From assembly GCF_052425735.1 (NCBI RefSeq), contig NC_135758.1, forward strand, positions 28,334,001-28,398,000: a stretch of DNA of 64,000 nucleotides, read 5' to 3'. The translations under genes and the position numbers were made by a program. The notes beneath the pieces were generated by a model that saw only the letters and a program-made list of their open reading frames with translations, ran no database searches and was not told the DNA's origin. Below, in pieces: positions 50,501 to 62,900 of this stretch. This stretch comes from Oculina patagonica (taxonomy: Eukaryota). The stretch's first letter is position 1. Each line of letters begins with the position of its first letter.

Positions 50501-53500
50501 CAAACCCCGCCTTTCAGACGGTCGTCTCCAACATCGCTGAAGGAACATCGATTGATATGGACGTGCGGAACAGGATGGTTTACTGGAGTGACACCCATTC
50601 GTGGACTATAAACAGAATGAACTTGACTTCTGGAGAAATTAAAGTCATCATCAGAGATAACATTGGAGAGGTTTACTCCATGGCTGTTGAATGGGAAAGC
50701 GGCTTAATCTATTGGACGGATTTTATCTTCGAGAGAATAGAAGTAGCGAATGTAAATGGAAGTTCTCGACGGACCCTAGTAACACAAAACGTAAGGTCGC
50801 CAATTGGAATTGCAGTAGATCCAAGAAATGGGTAAGTGACACGGCTTGTACCTTGGTTGAATGCTTCTAACATAAGTCTTAGTATTTGAGTGTATTTATC
50901 GACAGCCGTGTTTGTAAGCTTTACTGCACTCTTTTTAAATTAAGCCACTAAAGAATTTTTGTAGCGATATGCAAAAGCAGTTTTCTATTACACTTTGCAT
51001 GATTGATTATAGATTCTTAATCCTAGTGAATTAATTTTAAGTATGAATATCATCTTAGAGTTTTAAGTAGTTTTAAATTATTATTGTATTTATTTCATTG
51101 TCTTTGAAAAGCCTCTAGNNNNNNNNNNNNNNNNNNNNNNNNNNNNNNNNNNNNNNNNNNNNNNNNNNNNNNNNNNNNNNNNNNNNNNNNNNNNNNNNNN
51201 NNNNNNNNNNNNNNNNNNNNNNNNNNNNNNNNNNNNNNNNNNNNNNNNNNNNNNNNNNNNNNNNNNNNNNNNNNNNNNNNNNNNNNNNNNNNNNNNNNNN
51301 NNNNNNNNNNNNNNNNNNNNNNNNNNNNNNNNNNNNNNNNNNNNNNNNNNNNNNNNNNNNNNNNNNNNNNNNNNNGAGAATATTAGGCGAAACGAATGAA
51401 ACCTTTCTGGGATACGGTATTCAACATACTTGGCTACAGTTTAATCAACTTTATGGAGAATGCTGAGTAAGGGGAAAGGTAGAGACTAATTTGGATTGAT
51501 TTGATTGGTTTGTTGATTGGGTGGTGCGAGTTTTTTTTTAACCAATCATAATGCGTGGTATTAGACGCAAAGCCAAAGCAATTCTTGTCTCTTTCGTCAC
51601 TCAATCAAAAACGCTTCTATAAATAGCAATCACAACTGGAATTTAACCAGCCGACTTAAAAAGGCGATGCATAATAGGAACTTGCTCTTAACCCGTTCAG
51701 TTTCTTTGTTCAAAATAATCATTATTTCTCTTTAGGGATTTTCATATATTTCTTTTGATGTTAGTCCTGAGAATATGTCAGCGTATCAAGACATGAATTT
51801 TCGTCACTTGGTTCCTTAATTTCCATCTGATGTTTTCAAAGCAAAGAGAAAGCTGTTCTTAATCACTCTTGAAATCTGAATTAAGTTTTAAGGCTAAAAT
51901 CGCTAGTAGTGAAATAATTTGCTATTTAGTTAGTTGGATATTTCAATTTTTCTCATCATTCCATAGTTCACGTTCATTTATTTCCCTACAGATACATGGT
52001 TTGGTCAGACCACGATTACGCTGCACCGAGGATAATGCGTGCAGATTTGACGGGTGAAAATCCTCGCGTGTTGTCCAGACATTTCCATGGCTTGCCTTTT
52101 TATGTCATCATCAATTACAGCGAGAACCGAGTCTACTGGACTGACATCCACTTCTTATACACTTTCATCGGATCAGTTGGTCTAGATGGGAAGTCATTTA
52201 GAGGAATAAGATACATTCACCCCGTTTACTTCCCATTTGATCTGGCAATCTTTAAAAATGACTTCTACTGGGCTGACGAGAATTTACAAGGAGTTTCGTG
52301 GTTCGATTTCAAGAATTCATCTTCTAATGTGGCCACTCTGCGAAGGTTGTCTCAAAACTACTTGCTCGGAGTAGTGATATCGGATCCATCAACACAGCCA
52401 ATGGGTATGTGGTAATGAATGCCTTTATTTAATACATTATTATTTATAGCTGTGGAAACCGCGGTGGTCTTATAGTTAGTGCGAGGTGTGCCTGGCCTGG
52501 CAGTTGTGTTATGTTCCTAGACAAGATGCTTTATCATCACAGTACCTCACTACATCTAGGAGCATAAGTGGGCTCGGCGAAATGCTGAGGCCACAAAAAT
52601 AAAGGTGCTTGGAAGATAATACCAATCCGTTCAGGGGGAGTGGCAATTCCTCCTAAACTCCTCAAGTTACAGAAATTAGATTTAAGCCTCGGCCTCTAAA
52701 GCCTCTAGGGAGGAAACAGGCTAGGGCGGAAATCGAAAGAGCTTTACTTTTATATGATTGTCGTTTGTATACTTTGTCTTTTGTTTAGATTAAAATGTAA
52801 ATATTAATAAATTCTTGTCTCTCTCTGCAGCTGCAGGACAACAGCCATGCGCAGTGAATAATGGCAACTGCAGCGATCTATGTCTGCTAACTCCAGGAAG
52901 AGGACGAAAGTGCGCATGCCCTCAAGGCGTCACCTTGAGTGCAGATGGAATGACTTGTGCTAATGGTAAGCACATAGCTTTAGGTTATACCAGTGGTTAT
53001 AAGAAAAATAAAATCATTGTAGATTACAATGAAGCTTGTCTCAAAGGGGGGGGGGGGGGGGGGGTCCCTGGAGCCCCGGAGCCCAGAAATTTCTGCTTTG
53101 GAGCCCGGAGCCCGGTCATTTTACTGACTGGAGCCCTGATTCTTTTTTGGCTGTGGAACCCAGAGCCCAAAGAAATTTTTCGCGGAACCCAGAGCCCAGC
53201 GTTTTAAAATTTGATCATTCCCGATCCCAGATGGCATTTTTTCTTTCCAAAGATCAACGCTACGTGAAAGATGTCAAGAACTTGAGACCTTGAGTTTCAG
53301 TCACATATAGCAAAGAAATCTGATCCGCTGCATGACCTAAGTGGGGACTTTTTAATAGTTGGAGACACGATAACCGTCGATAACCGGCTTCTTGGGTTTA
53401 AAAAACTGGTCGGAATTGCGGCCTTTTTTATTTGCGGACTTGATTAAGCGTTACAAAATAGCTTTTATATCTTAAGCTTGTAGACCATAGTGGAGCCCGG

Positions 53501-53925
53501 AGCCCGAAAGCAGATGATATGGAGCCCTGGAGCCCTAACATTTTTGTCTTGGAGCCCTGGAGCCTTGCAATTTTTAGCCCGGAGCCCTGGAGCCCTAAAC
53601 CCCTTTGAGACCCTGATAGCTGTGCGCAAGTGACATTTGAAAAATCATGCTTCGTGTTTTAACAGTGCGCTGTGCCATTTTATGAAGACAAGTTTTTTAC
53701 TACTTGGATTTAATAGTTCCCTTTTTTAACCCTTAATATGCTGAAATTATTCCTAAAAACGCGTTTTTTTAACCGTTAATCGATTTTCTTGGCTCTACGG
53801 TCCAAAAGTTCTCTAAATTTGCTAAAAATGCACTTTCTGAAAATGAAGGAAGATTTTGATGAAATTTCCATGTAAAACTGTACAATGTCCTGTACAATAT
53901 TTTACTTTGGCGCATGCGCATAAGC

Positions 53926-53965
<40 letters not shown>

Positions 53966-56900
53966 AACCGTTCCGATTTTTTTCCTTGCTCCTTTCCTTT
54001 TCGTTTTTCTCTGCTTTCTTATTCTCTCTATCTTTCACTCTGTGCTCCCCTTCTACTGGCCTGAAAAGTTTTGATCTGAATCAATGGAAAACCCTGGAAA
54101 GGAGATCATGATCAAGTACGGGTATTTTGGCCTGTTTTAGCACCAATTTTACACCAAAAACTGATCGCGTTTTTTTCGATTAGCTCTGTCGGAATGCAGT
54201 CAATATTGAAGATGGACAGTCCTGTGGAAAGATCTATCCAAGCTCTATAAGATGCAAATTACAAAAATCTGCTGACGTGTAAATTGGTGACGTCATAAGT
54301 GGCAGAATGGCCATTCCTCCAAATCCCGGAATAATCCGTGCTTAGCATGATAAGGGTTAAGTAATACACGCCTCTTGGAAATTTAGGACAATACTAAAAG
54401 TGGCTAAAGGTACTTTGGCGATCATATAATTCTAAAATCGTTTCTATTTATTTAGAATCTGCACCTGCAACTCAGCCACCACCACTTCCAGGTCAGTATG
54501 CTATGTAATATACTTTTTCTCACTTACTACCTTTTTTACGAGTTTTTATAACACTGTTGTTGTTTGTTTACGTTCGAAAACTATTACCGGTATTTGAGGT
54601 TTTATTCAATTTGAAAGAAATCAGAAAAATGACTTAAAATATTGTGACATGGCTCCTTTAATGGAAAGTGGTTTTACAAAGCAAGTCCTAAAACTATAAA
54701 TGCTATAAATACAAAGGAATTGCATCTAAATATTTAGCCTGCGAACAGGCTCCCGAGTGGGGCCGCGAGGAGGAGAGGGACGAGCGAAGCGAGAGAAGAG
54801 CGGGGCTGAGGTGGAGTGGGGGGGTGGGAGCCGTGGACAGCGAACCGCCGACAGAACCAGAAAAGACGAGGCAGACCGATGACAACTGAGCGTGAAAGAA
54901 GAGCGCAACAAAAGTTTGGAAGCTTGGTGACATTGATTTCCGATCCCGACGCCGACGAATAGCCCGATGCCGAAGATCCTGACATGTGCTCGGAGTATTG
55001 TTGGGTTTGCGAGGGAATAGTCGGGCGAGGCGTGTAGTTGGGGAGGAGATGAAGGCGGTACACACAGGAGAGAAAGTCGGAAAGGGAGCGAAGAAAAACC
55101 CAGGTGTCCCAGCTTTCTTGAGCTAATCACATTGTGAAGCACAAGTCAGGGGACCACTGGCCGCCTGAGGGAACAGTTCGACGACAAATCCGCCCGTTGA
55201 AAATACCCAAGTGCGCGGGATGTTGAGAGCGAGGAGAAGACGGCAATTACCCGAAGATGTACAGGAAAAAGGGACGGAGGGGGAATCAAACAAAGTCACA
55301 GGCTCCCCCCAGGCCCCGCTCTCCGCGCGCCCGGCCGCCGCGCGGAAACCCCACTCGGGAGCCTGTTCGCAGGCTACTAAATATTAAGAATATTATTTAC
55401 TGCTATACTTTTTTGACATTTCAGCAATCGAAGTTCGTCTTGTCGGCTCCTTATTGGTCAACAGAGGTCGTGTTGAAATACGTTACAACGGACAGTGGGG
55501 AACAATATGTGATGACTACTGGGGCATAGACGAGGCACACGTCATCTGCCGCATGCTAAACTATTCAGGTGCAGAGTTTGCACCTCGTAATGCGTTTTAT
55601 GGCCGTGGAAAAAGATCCATGCCTATTCTATTAGACAACGTAAAGTGCCGAGGTGACGAGTCGACAATTGCCGCTTGTAGGCACGGTGGATGGGGTCAGA
55701 ATGACTGCGACCATTCAGAAGACGCTAGTGTAGTCTGTTGGACCGAGTCTGCATCTTCTGGTCAAGGTAATGAGCTCATATCGATTAAATGTCTTTGAAA
55801 ATATAACAATTTAGGATTTTAACCATGTACGTTCATATTCTTGAAGATTATGGCGTTGCTTTATATGTTTATCGACACAGTTAGTAACTCAACCACCTAT
55901 TATAAAAGACGAAAAGCGAAAGAAAAAAATGTCTAGCATAGGGTTTTTTTCACATTCACGGCTTAGCTCTGGCTATGATCTAGATAGATAGTTAGATAGA
56001 TAGTTTATTAATACAACTTCGCAACCTAAAAGGTTGAATTATGTCATATTTACAAATTTATAAAGCTATAAAAACTAACGATAAAATGTAAAAATATTTA
56101 AAGAACTATACAAGAGTGATTAAAATCCAAACTTAAGTACATTAGAGACAATAAAACTATTTCTAAATCTATTAGTCTTAAAAACAGGGTTAAACTGGCG
56201 TGACTTTCTGAGGTTATAACTACTAAGATTCCGTGGGGGCAGTAAATTCCTCAGCCTACTGTCATTGTTCTCTAAAATGTTGTTAAACAATTTGTCCGTC
56301 AGGGCTTGTCTTCGACCTGACAGAGTGACTAGACTTGCCTAAACAATGTAGGACGTTTTCCCAACACTATCAAAAATTAACAAATTTTAATGGTTCTATC
56401 ATAAATTTCTATTTAACTTTGCAGAACCAACTCTGGCTCCTGGACCACACCCAGGTATGTGTTTGATTTAAAATTCCCAAATGGTAATTCAATATGAGCA
56501 GGAGTAAATATGAATATGAGTAAAACTCCGCTGTGTATACTATTAAATGCTGCATAAAAAAAATCACAAGCAAACGGAAATATCACCTCCTGATTGGTTT
56601 ATATTGTCCACGTGGGCAATTGGTTGCTTGATTATGCTTTATACAGCCCCCTGTACTACTTTCGTCAGTGGTAATGATTCTTTAAGCTTATTTAGCTCTG
56701 TAACCGGAAAATAAAAATAAAAAAAACGTACCAACTACTCCTGTCCAGAAGGTTACAACAAGCATGCTCAATCAATTTAAATCCAAACAGAAACCAGTCT
56801 TGACTTGATTGGTTACAAGGTGTCTCGTGTTCCGATTGGCTCATTACGTTGCAATGAACGTAGCTGCGATTGGCCAGATGTGATTATTTTGGATTTTGTT

Positions 56901-59900
56901 AATATACGACCGTGACTGAAAAAAACCGTTCTTTTTCGGTAGAAGAAACTTGTGACTACTCACTTAGACCTGTAAAAAACTGTAAACGCTAGCCATTTAA
57001 GCCAATTTGTCGTCTCATCTAGAACTAAAAGTGAGATTGCACGGTGGAGACTCGCATTACAAGGGAGGAGTGGAAATTTACCTGAACGGGACCTGGGGAA
57101 CAATATGCGATGACTCATGGGGGATTGAGGAAGCTAACGTCATATGCCGAATGCTGAATTTCACCGAGGGAGCTCTTAGTACGCAGTGCTGCGGATTTTA
57201 TAACAACTACGGTGTTGCGGAAAAGATTTGGCTGGACGATGTCCACTGTGTTGGTGATGAACAGAGCATCGCAGAGTGTCGCCACAGTGGTTGGGGAAGA
57301 CACAACTGCCGACATAGTGAAGATGTGGGAGTTGTTTGCAAGCATACACCAATATCAACTCCAGGTATATTTTTTCATCTCTTCGCATCGCTTCATTTTT
57401 TCAATTAAATTTTCTTTCTAGTCTCAGAGTTCCTCTGTTTAAATGAAGTAATTACATACCTAACTTTACTGTTTAATATACCCTTTCATTAGTGGTTTCA
57501 TTTTTCTGAATGACTTCGATAAATTCTTCTATTTTAGATCATTTTGAAATTGTATTGTTTCTGCGGGAAAACTAGTTTACCTCAACGAGATACCCTTCAA
57601 GTTCATTTTAACGTTCAGTCCTAAAAAAGCAAGAAGTAATGCTTTCTCTGTCACATATCATAGAAAATTAATCCTACATCCTAAGATGAACATGTATGCT
57701 GCTCGATACTAAAACACACGAAATTTGAGGGATGTCGATTAGCATCTCTTGAGAGACGTTACTGCCAAGTACATTGGATTAAAGCCCCTACGTAGGTTGT
57801 CTTCGTGTTAAATCTTGGGTAATTGACTGAGGGGTGTGTAGTGTCTTAAAAGACAGACATTTCTAAACCTTCTAAAACAATATATGTTAGTATGTATCTA
57901 ATTCGTTTAAGTGAAAAAAGCGATATATTTTTTTTTCTTTGCGATTTTTTATTTTTCAGGCCAAATTGTGAGACTGGCAGACGGAGCTAGAGAAAGTGAA
58001 GGACGTGTGGAAATATTCAATGATGGCGAGTGGGGGACGGTTTGCGATGATAACTGGGACATCAACGATGCAAATGTCGTTTGCAAAATGCTTAATTATT
58101 CCAGAGCATTACGAGCTCCACGACAAGCATTCTTCGGCCGAGGGAATGGCAAAATCTGGTTTGGTAACGTCAATTGTCGCGGTAATGAAAACTCTATTCT
58201 GCAGTGTGGATTCAAGGGTTGGAATATTGACCATTGTGACCATCATGAAGATGCTTCTGTTGTCTGTGAAAGGGAAGCAGCACATTTAGGTAAGCCAATA
58301 CGGGAGAGCTTCATAGGCTTCATACAAATTTAACACTTAACAATTCGCCGCTTGTTATCAACGTATGTTTTATCGGATTCTCTAGTTTGTCCTTCATATC
58401 AATTGTTCAGTTAATGTCGGATATTTTTTCGCGATAATATTTATGTACCAATGCCAGAGTTCGGATCGGCCTTTGATTGAGAAAAAAAGAAATTTTAAAA
58501 GGATGTTGAATAGGCTAGTTTCGTGTCTTGGAATAGCTAAAAATGAAGCTATTTTAGGACGGGATATGCACCAATCTGAACTGAGAACATAAACCAGTGA
58601 AATATTAACAGCTAAGTTTGCCGTGCTAAAAAGCGAAACTTATACAATAACGACAAAAAATTCCTTTGTTCTCATTTCAGAATCAAACAGTTTCATTTTG
58701 GCCTGTGGGTCCGGACGAAGTCTTATCTACCACATCCCACTTGACCCCAGTCTACCGGAGAAGGGAGTACCTCTTGCATTACAGACGAACAAGCCACTGG
58801 CAATAACATTTCACAGCAAGGAAAAAATGGCATACTGGACAGAACAATCTGGGTCCATCATTCGCGCTTATCTAAATGGTTCTAGGGAGGTTATAGCAAT
58901 GGGCTTCACTCGTCCATCAGGAATTGCAATAGACTATGTCGGCCAAAATCTGTACTTCGCTGACCAAAATGGCATCAAAGTATCAAGGCTTAATGGTTCA
59001 TATCAGGTGAACCTAATAAACTTAACGTCTTGCCATGGAATTGCTTTGGACAGCGACGCAGGGTAAGACGTCCATGGAATCCTGTTTATTATTTTTTTTA
59101 GCAAAACAGTCAGACACTGTTAATGTCCTTCAATGCAAAGTGCTTGCTGCTCGCAAGACAAATTCGATAACTGTTCGTGCTTGCAAACAAACAAACAAAC
59201 AAGCAGACAGACAAACAAACAAACAAACAAACACAAAAACAAACGTAGTGTTCGCATGCTCGCAAATACCTTTCGTTACTCTTTTGCGCATAAGCGCTAG
59301 CTGTCCCGAACGTGTTACTTTTTTTTTTAAAAACACGAAAACAAGATCTAGACCTTATAACTTCAATGCGGTGTGTTCAATAACAACCGGTGTTCGGTGC
59401 ACCCCTATTTCCCATGTCAAACCATTAGAGCTCCTTTTGAATTCATTGTTTTTTTTTCAGTTATACTTACTTTACTTTGACTGGTGCCAATCCACAAATA
59501 CTGCGTGCAGACATGGATGGTAGAAATGTCGTTGTCTTGCTGAATGTGTCCTCCATCAGGGGAACTACACTTGACATAGCATTGGACAAAGTTAACAAAC
59601 GTCTTTACTATTCCGACGAAAGCAATAACTTGATCAAGTATCTCGATCTTGCCACTTTTATGTCTCATTCTGTGCTGCTTGGCAACCCTCGTAGACCGGT
59701 CGGTCTCACCCTGTTCAAAGGAACTCTTTACTGGACCGGCGTTGGAGCAGCGGAGATGTTCAGTGGAGCTGTATACAAAGCTGATGCCAACAATGTAAAT
59801 GGTAGCATCGTTAAGGAGGTTGTAGACCTCATTTCGTACCCCAGAGGATTATACGCTCATGACTCTACAGCCAGCGAGTCACCAGGTAAATTTTTTAATT

Positions 59901-62900
59901 GCAAAGCAATGGATACCCCATAACTATTCAGATGTAATTGTATCGGCGGGCCCCATGTAATGTTAAGTTTATAAAAAAGTACCAATCTCAAGTCCTAAAG
60001 GTCAGTTTGATTAATTTCGATTAAACGAATTCGTTTAGTTTTCCAGTCTTCAGTCATGTCTCCACTGTTGAATTCGGTAAAGGATATATTTTTGTCTTTG
60101 TTTTTCTCCTTCCACCGTCACAAATATTTTGAAATAAAACTACGCTCATCCGATTTTTGGCACTTCGATTCTCTAAATATTTTAAAACGTTTTTGTCTAT
60201 TTTATAACTAATGCATTTGATGCTCACTCTATTGAAATGACAATAACGTTTTCACGTTCAAGACATTTGGTGAAATGTTTTGTTTAACTTTTCTTTTCTT
60301 TTTTTTCAGCCTACAACCATTCGTGTGCAAAAGACAATGGCGGTTGTTCCCATCTTTGTTTAATAAACCCTACAGGCTATAGTTGCGTGTGCCCAGGCGG
60401 GCCGTGCCAGACAACATTCACTTCATCGATCTCCACTAAGAGCAGTGCAAACATGTTTACCGTGACGTCTTCCACTACTTCAACGCACAATGCTCTCAGC
60501 TCCAAAGAAACTCACACCTCGGTTTCAGTTTCAAGCTCGTCTTCGACACCCTCGTCATCCGTGTTCTCTTATCTCGCCTCAGCATCTTCCTCCACACCCC
60601 ACGTAAGCATGGCCATTTCCTCTAGTTTCTCAAAAGTCAATTCTCCTACCACGCACCTGGCTCCAACCAAGACGTCCTTCGTCAATTCCGTTTCTACCGC
60701 TACTCCTCCTATTACCGATTACTGCTCCACGCATGAACCTTGCGAGAACGGCGGCCTTTGCCAAGTTGATGGGCTCAGCTACAAATGCGTGTGCAGTGAA
60801 TATTTTATTGGACAGCACTGTTCGATAGACATAAGTAAGTTTTTGTTTTATTCAATGAATCTTTAAATGGTGCATTAGATTTTTCTTCTTACATTGACAG
60901 ACACTTTGTTATTTTAAACTGTATTTTCAGCTTATATACTTTTTATCCCTTTTAAAACTAAAGCAAGTCACTAACTGTTCGCCGTCTATTTTTATTTATT
61001 TAATTATTTGTTTATTTTTTCTTCAGGTGGCGGAGCAGTTGTAATTGTAATAAACATACCAGGAAATCAGGTACTGTTACAGTGGTACACTGACTTGTGG
61101 GTTTAATAAGATGAAGCAGGGGACGTTAAAGAACCCACAGGCTTATTGCAAAGAGTAGTGCACGAAGTTCGGAGTTGTGGTCTGGTCTTTGCCTGAAGCA
61201 ATGTCACGGTTGGAATGGGAATGCTCGGAGACATTGGCTGTTTAAGCTACTATATTAAATCGGATGGTAAACAAAGTATTCAGTTCAGTTCAGTTCAGCT
61301 TTCTTTTAGCCTATCACTTCTAACAAAATGAGCGCACTTCAAGTGAAACACCTATGTACCAAGTACCAATACTCTTCACTTTAAGTTGCAAAAAGTTTTA
61401 TTGAGAAAGAGTCATTTAAAATTGTGTAGAAAGCGTAATGTAGTCAAACGAGAGTCAAATTTTCTCAGTAAGATTTTATGTGGGTGTTGACGAATACGCG
61501 ACTGACTCGCACTAAAATTGACTTTTACTCTAATAATATTTGCATTTCTTTTGTTCCAGTTAAACAAAACAGAACTGATACATATCATTACCAAAATCCT
61601 GAACAATCTCTGCGAAGGTGCAAGCGACAGATGTCCACTACCACTCTCAGAGTAAGAACTCTATACAGTAGCAGCTAGCTTATGATCCTTCAAGACAGGC
61701 CCCCATTTTTCAATTTCCATGTCATTTACAGGGTCGAGACAGGCTCCCTTTTTTAATTTCCATGTCGAGACAGGCTCCCTTTTTCAATTTCCATGTCATT
61801 TACAGGGTCGAGACAGGCTCCCTTTATCAATTTCAATGTTATTTACAGGGTCGAGACAGGCTCCCTTTGTCAATTTCCATGTTATTTTCAGAGTCGAGAC
61901 AGGCTCCCTTTTTTCAATTTCCATGTTATTAACAGGGTCTAGGCAGGCTCCCTTTTTCAATGTCCATGTTATTTACAGAGTCCGTGGTCTTTTGTTTGAG
62001 AGATTTACAGGATGTTTTATGTTTTTTACATTTGTTTTCAAATATGTACATGTTTTTTACAGTTTTGAGAAGAACATGTTAAAGGGAAAAAACTATGTAA
62101 ATCATCCTTAACGGTGTCTTTACATGTTATTTACATACTATTTAAATTCTAAACTTTCCAGTGTTGCTGCAAGCGGAGGAAATAAAAGACGGCTTCACAC
62201 AGGCTATCCCTTTAAAGCCTCATTTTTATTCATATTTCCCGGTAGAGAAGGGTGGTATCATTCTTTGTTTTCGGTAATAAGCACCATTGAAATAATGTTA
62301 TTGTTCCTGCTTAATCTCAAATAGCCGGAGTTGTTGTTCTGTGCAAAACATTTAAATTCAAAGCTTAATCAAAACTTGATTAATTTCCTATCTGACCTCT
62401 AAATAAACTTTTTCTCATTTTCATAGGGGCACAAGGAGAAGACGAGAGATAAGTAAGGTTACATTCAAACCTGAAGACGTTATAGTACTGGATCCCAAAC
62501 AAATTGACGAAAACCTTCAAGTAGAGCTGGCTGTTGTTAAAATTGTGCCAGGCGGGTCGTTTGTTGTTATCTCTAGTAAAAATCTTACTCAAATACTGCT
62601 CGAGTCGGCTGTAGAAATCGGCCAGAGACTTGGAGGAAGTGTAGTAAGCATAAAGCCAAGATTCGCTAGACCAACAACTCAAGCACCGCCAGTCGTAAAA
62701 ACATCAGTACCTGGACCAAGTCGTACACAGCCTGAAACTGGAAAAACGACTACAGTAACGCAAACACCGCCAGTAGTAAACACAGCAGTACCTGGTCCAA
62801 CTACTCAGGCACCAGTAGGTCCGGGTCAAGCAGCTGCCAGCAAGGGTGGAAACAATGGTGGGGTCATTGGTGGTGTGGTCGTGGCTGTGCTTGTGGTTAT

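Noticed and set aside
54703-55529. GC-rich overlapping ORFs
   Set aside because: Chance ORFs within the TIR element.
61692-61980. CRISPR-like array
   Set aside because: Head-to-tail minisatellite with no unique spacers, in a eukaryotic intron with no cas genes.
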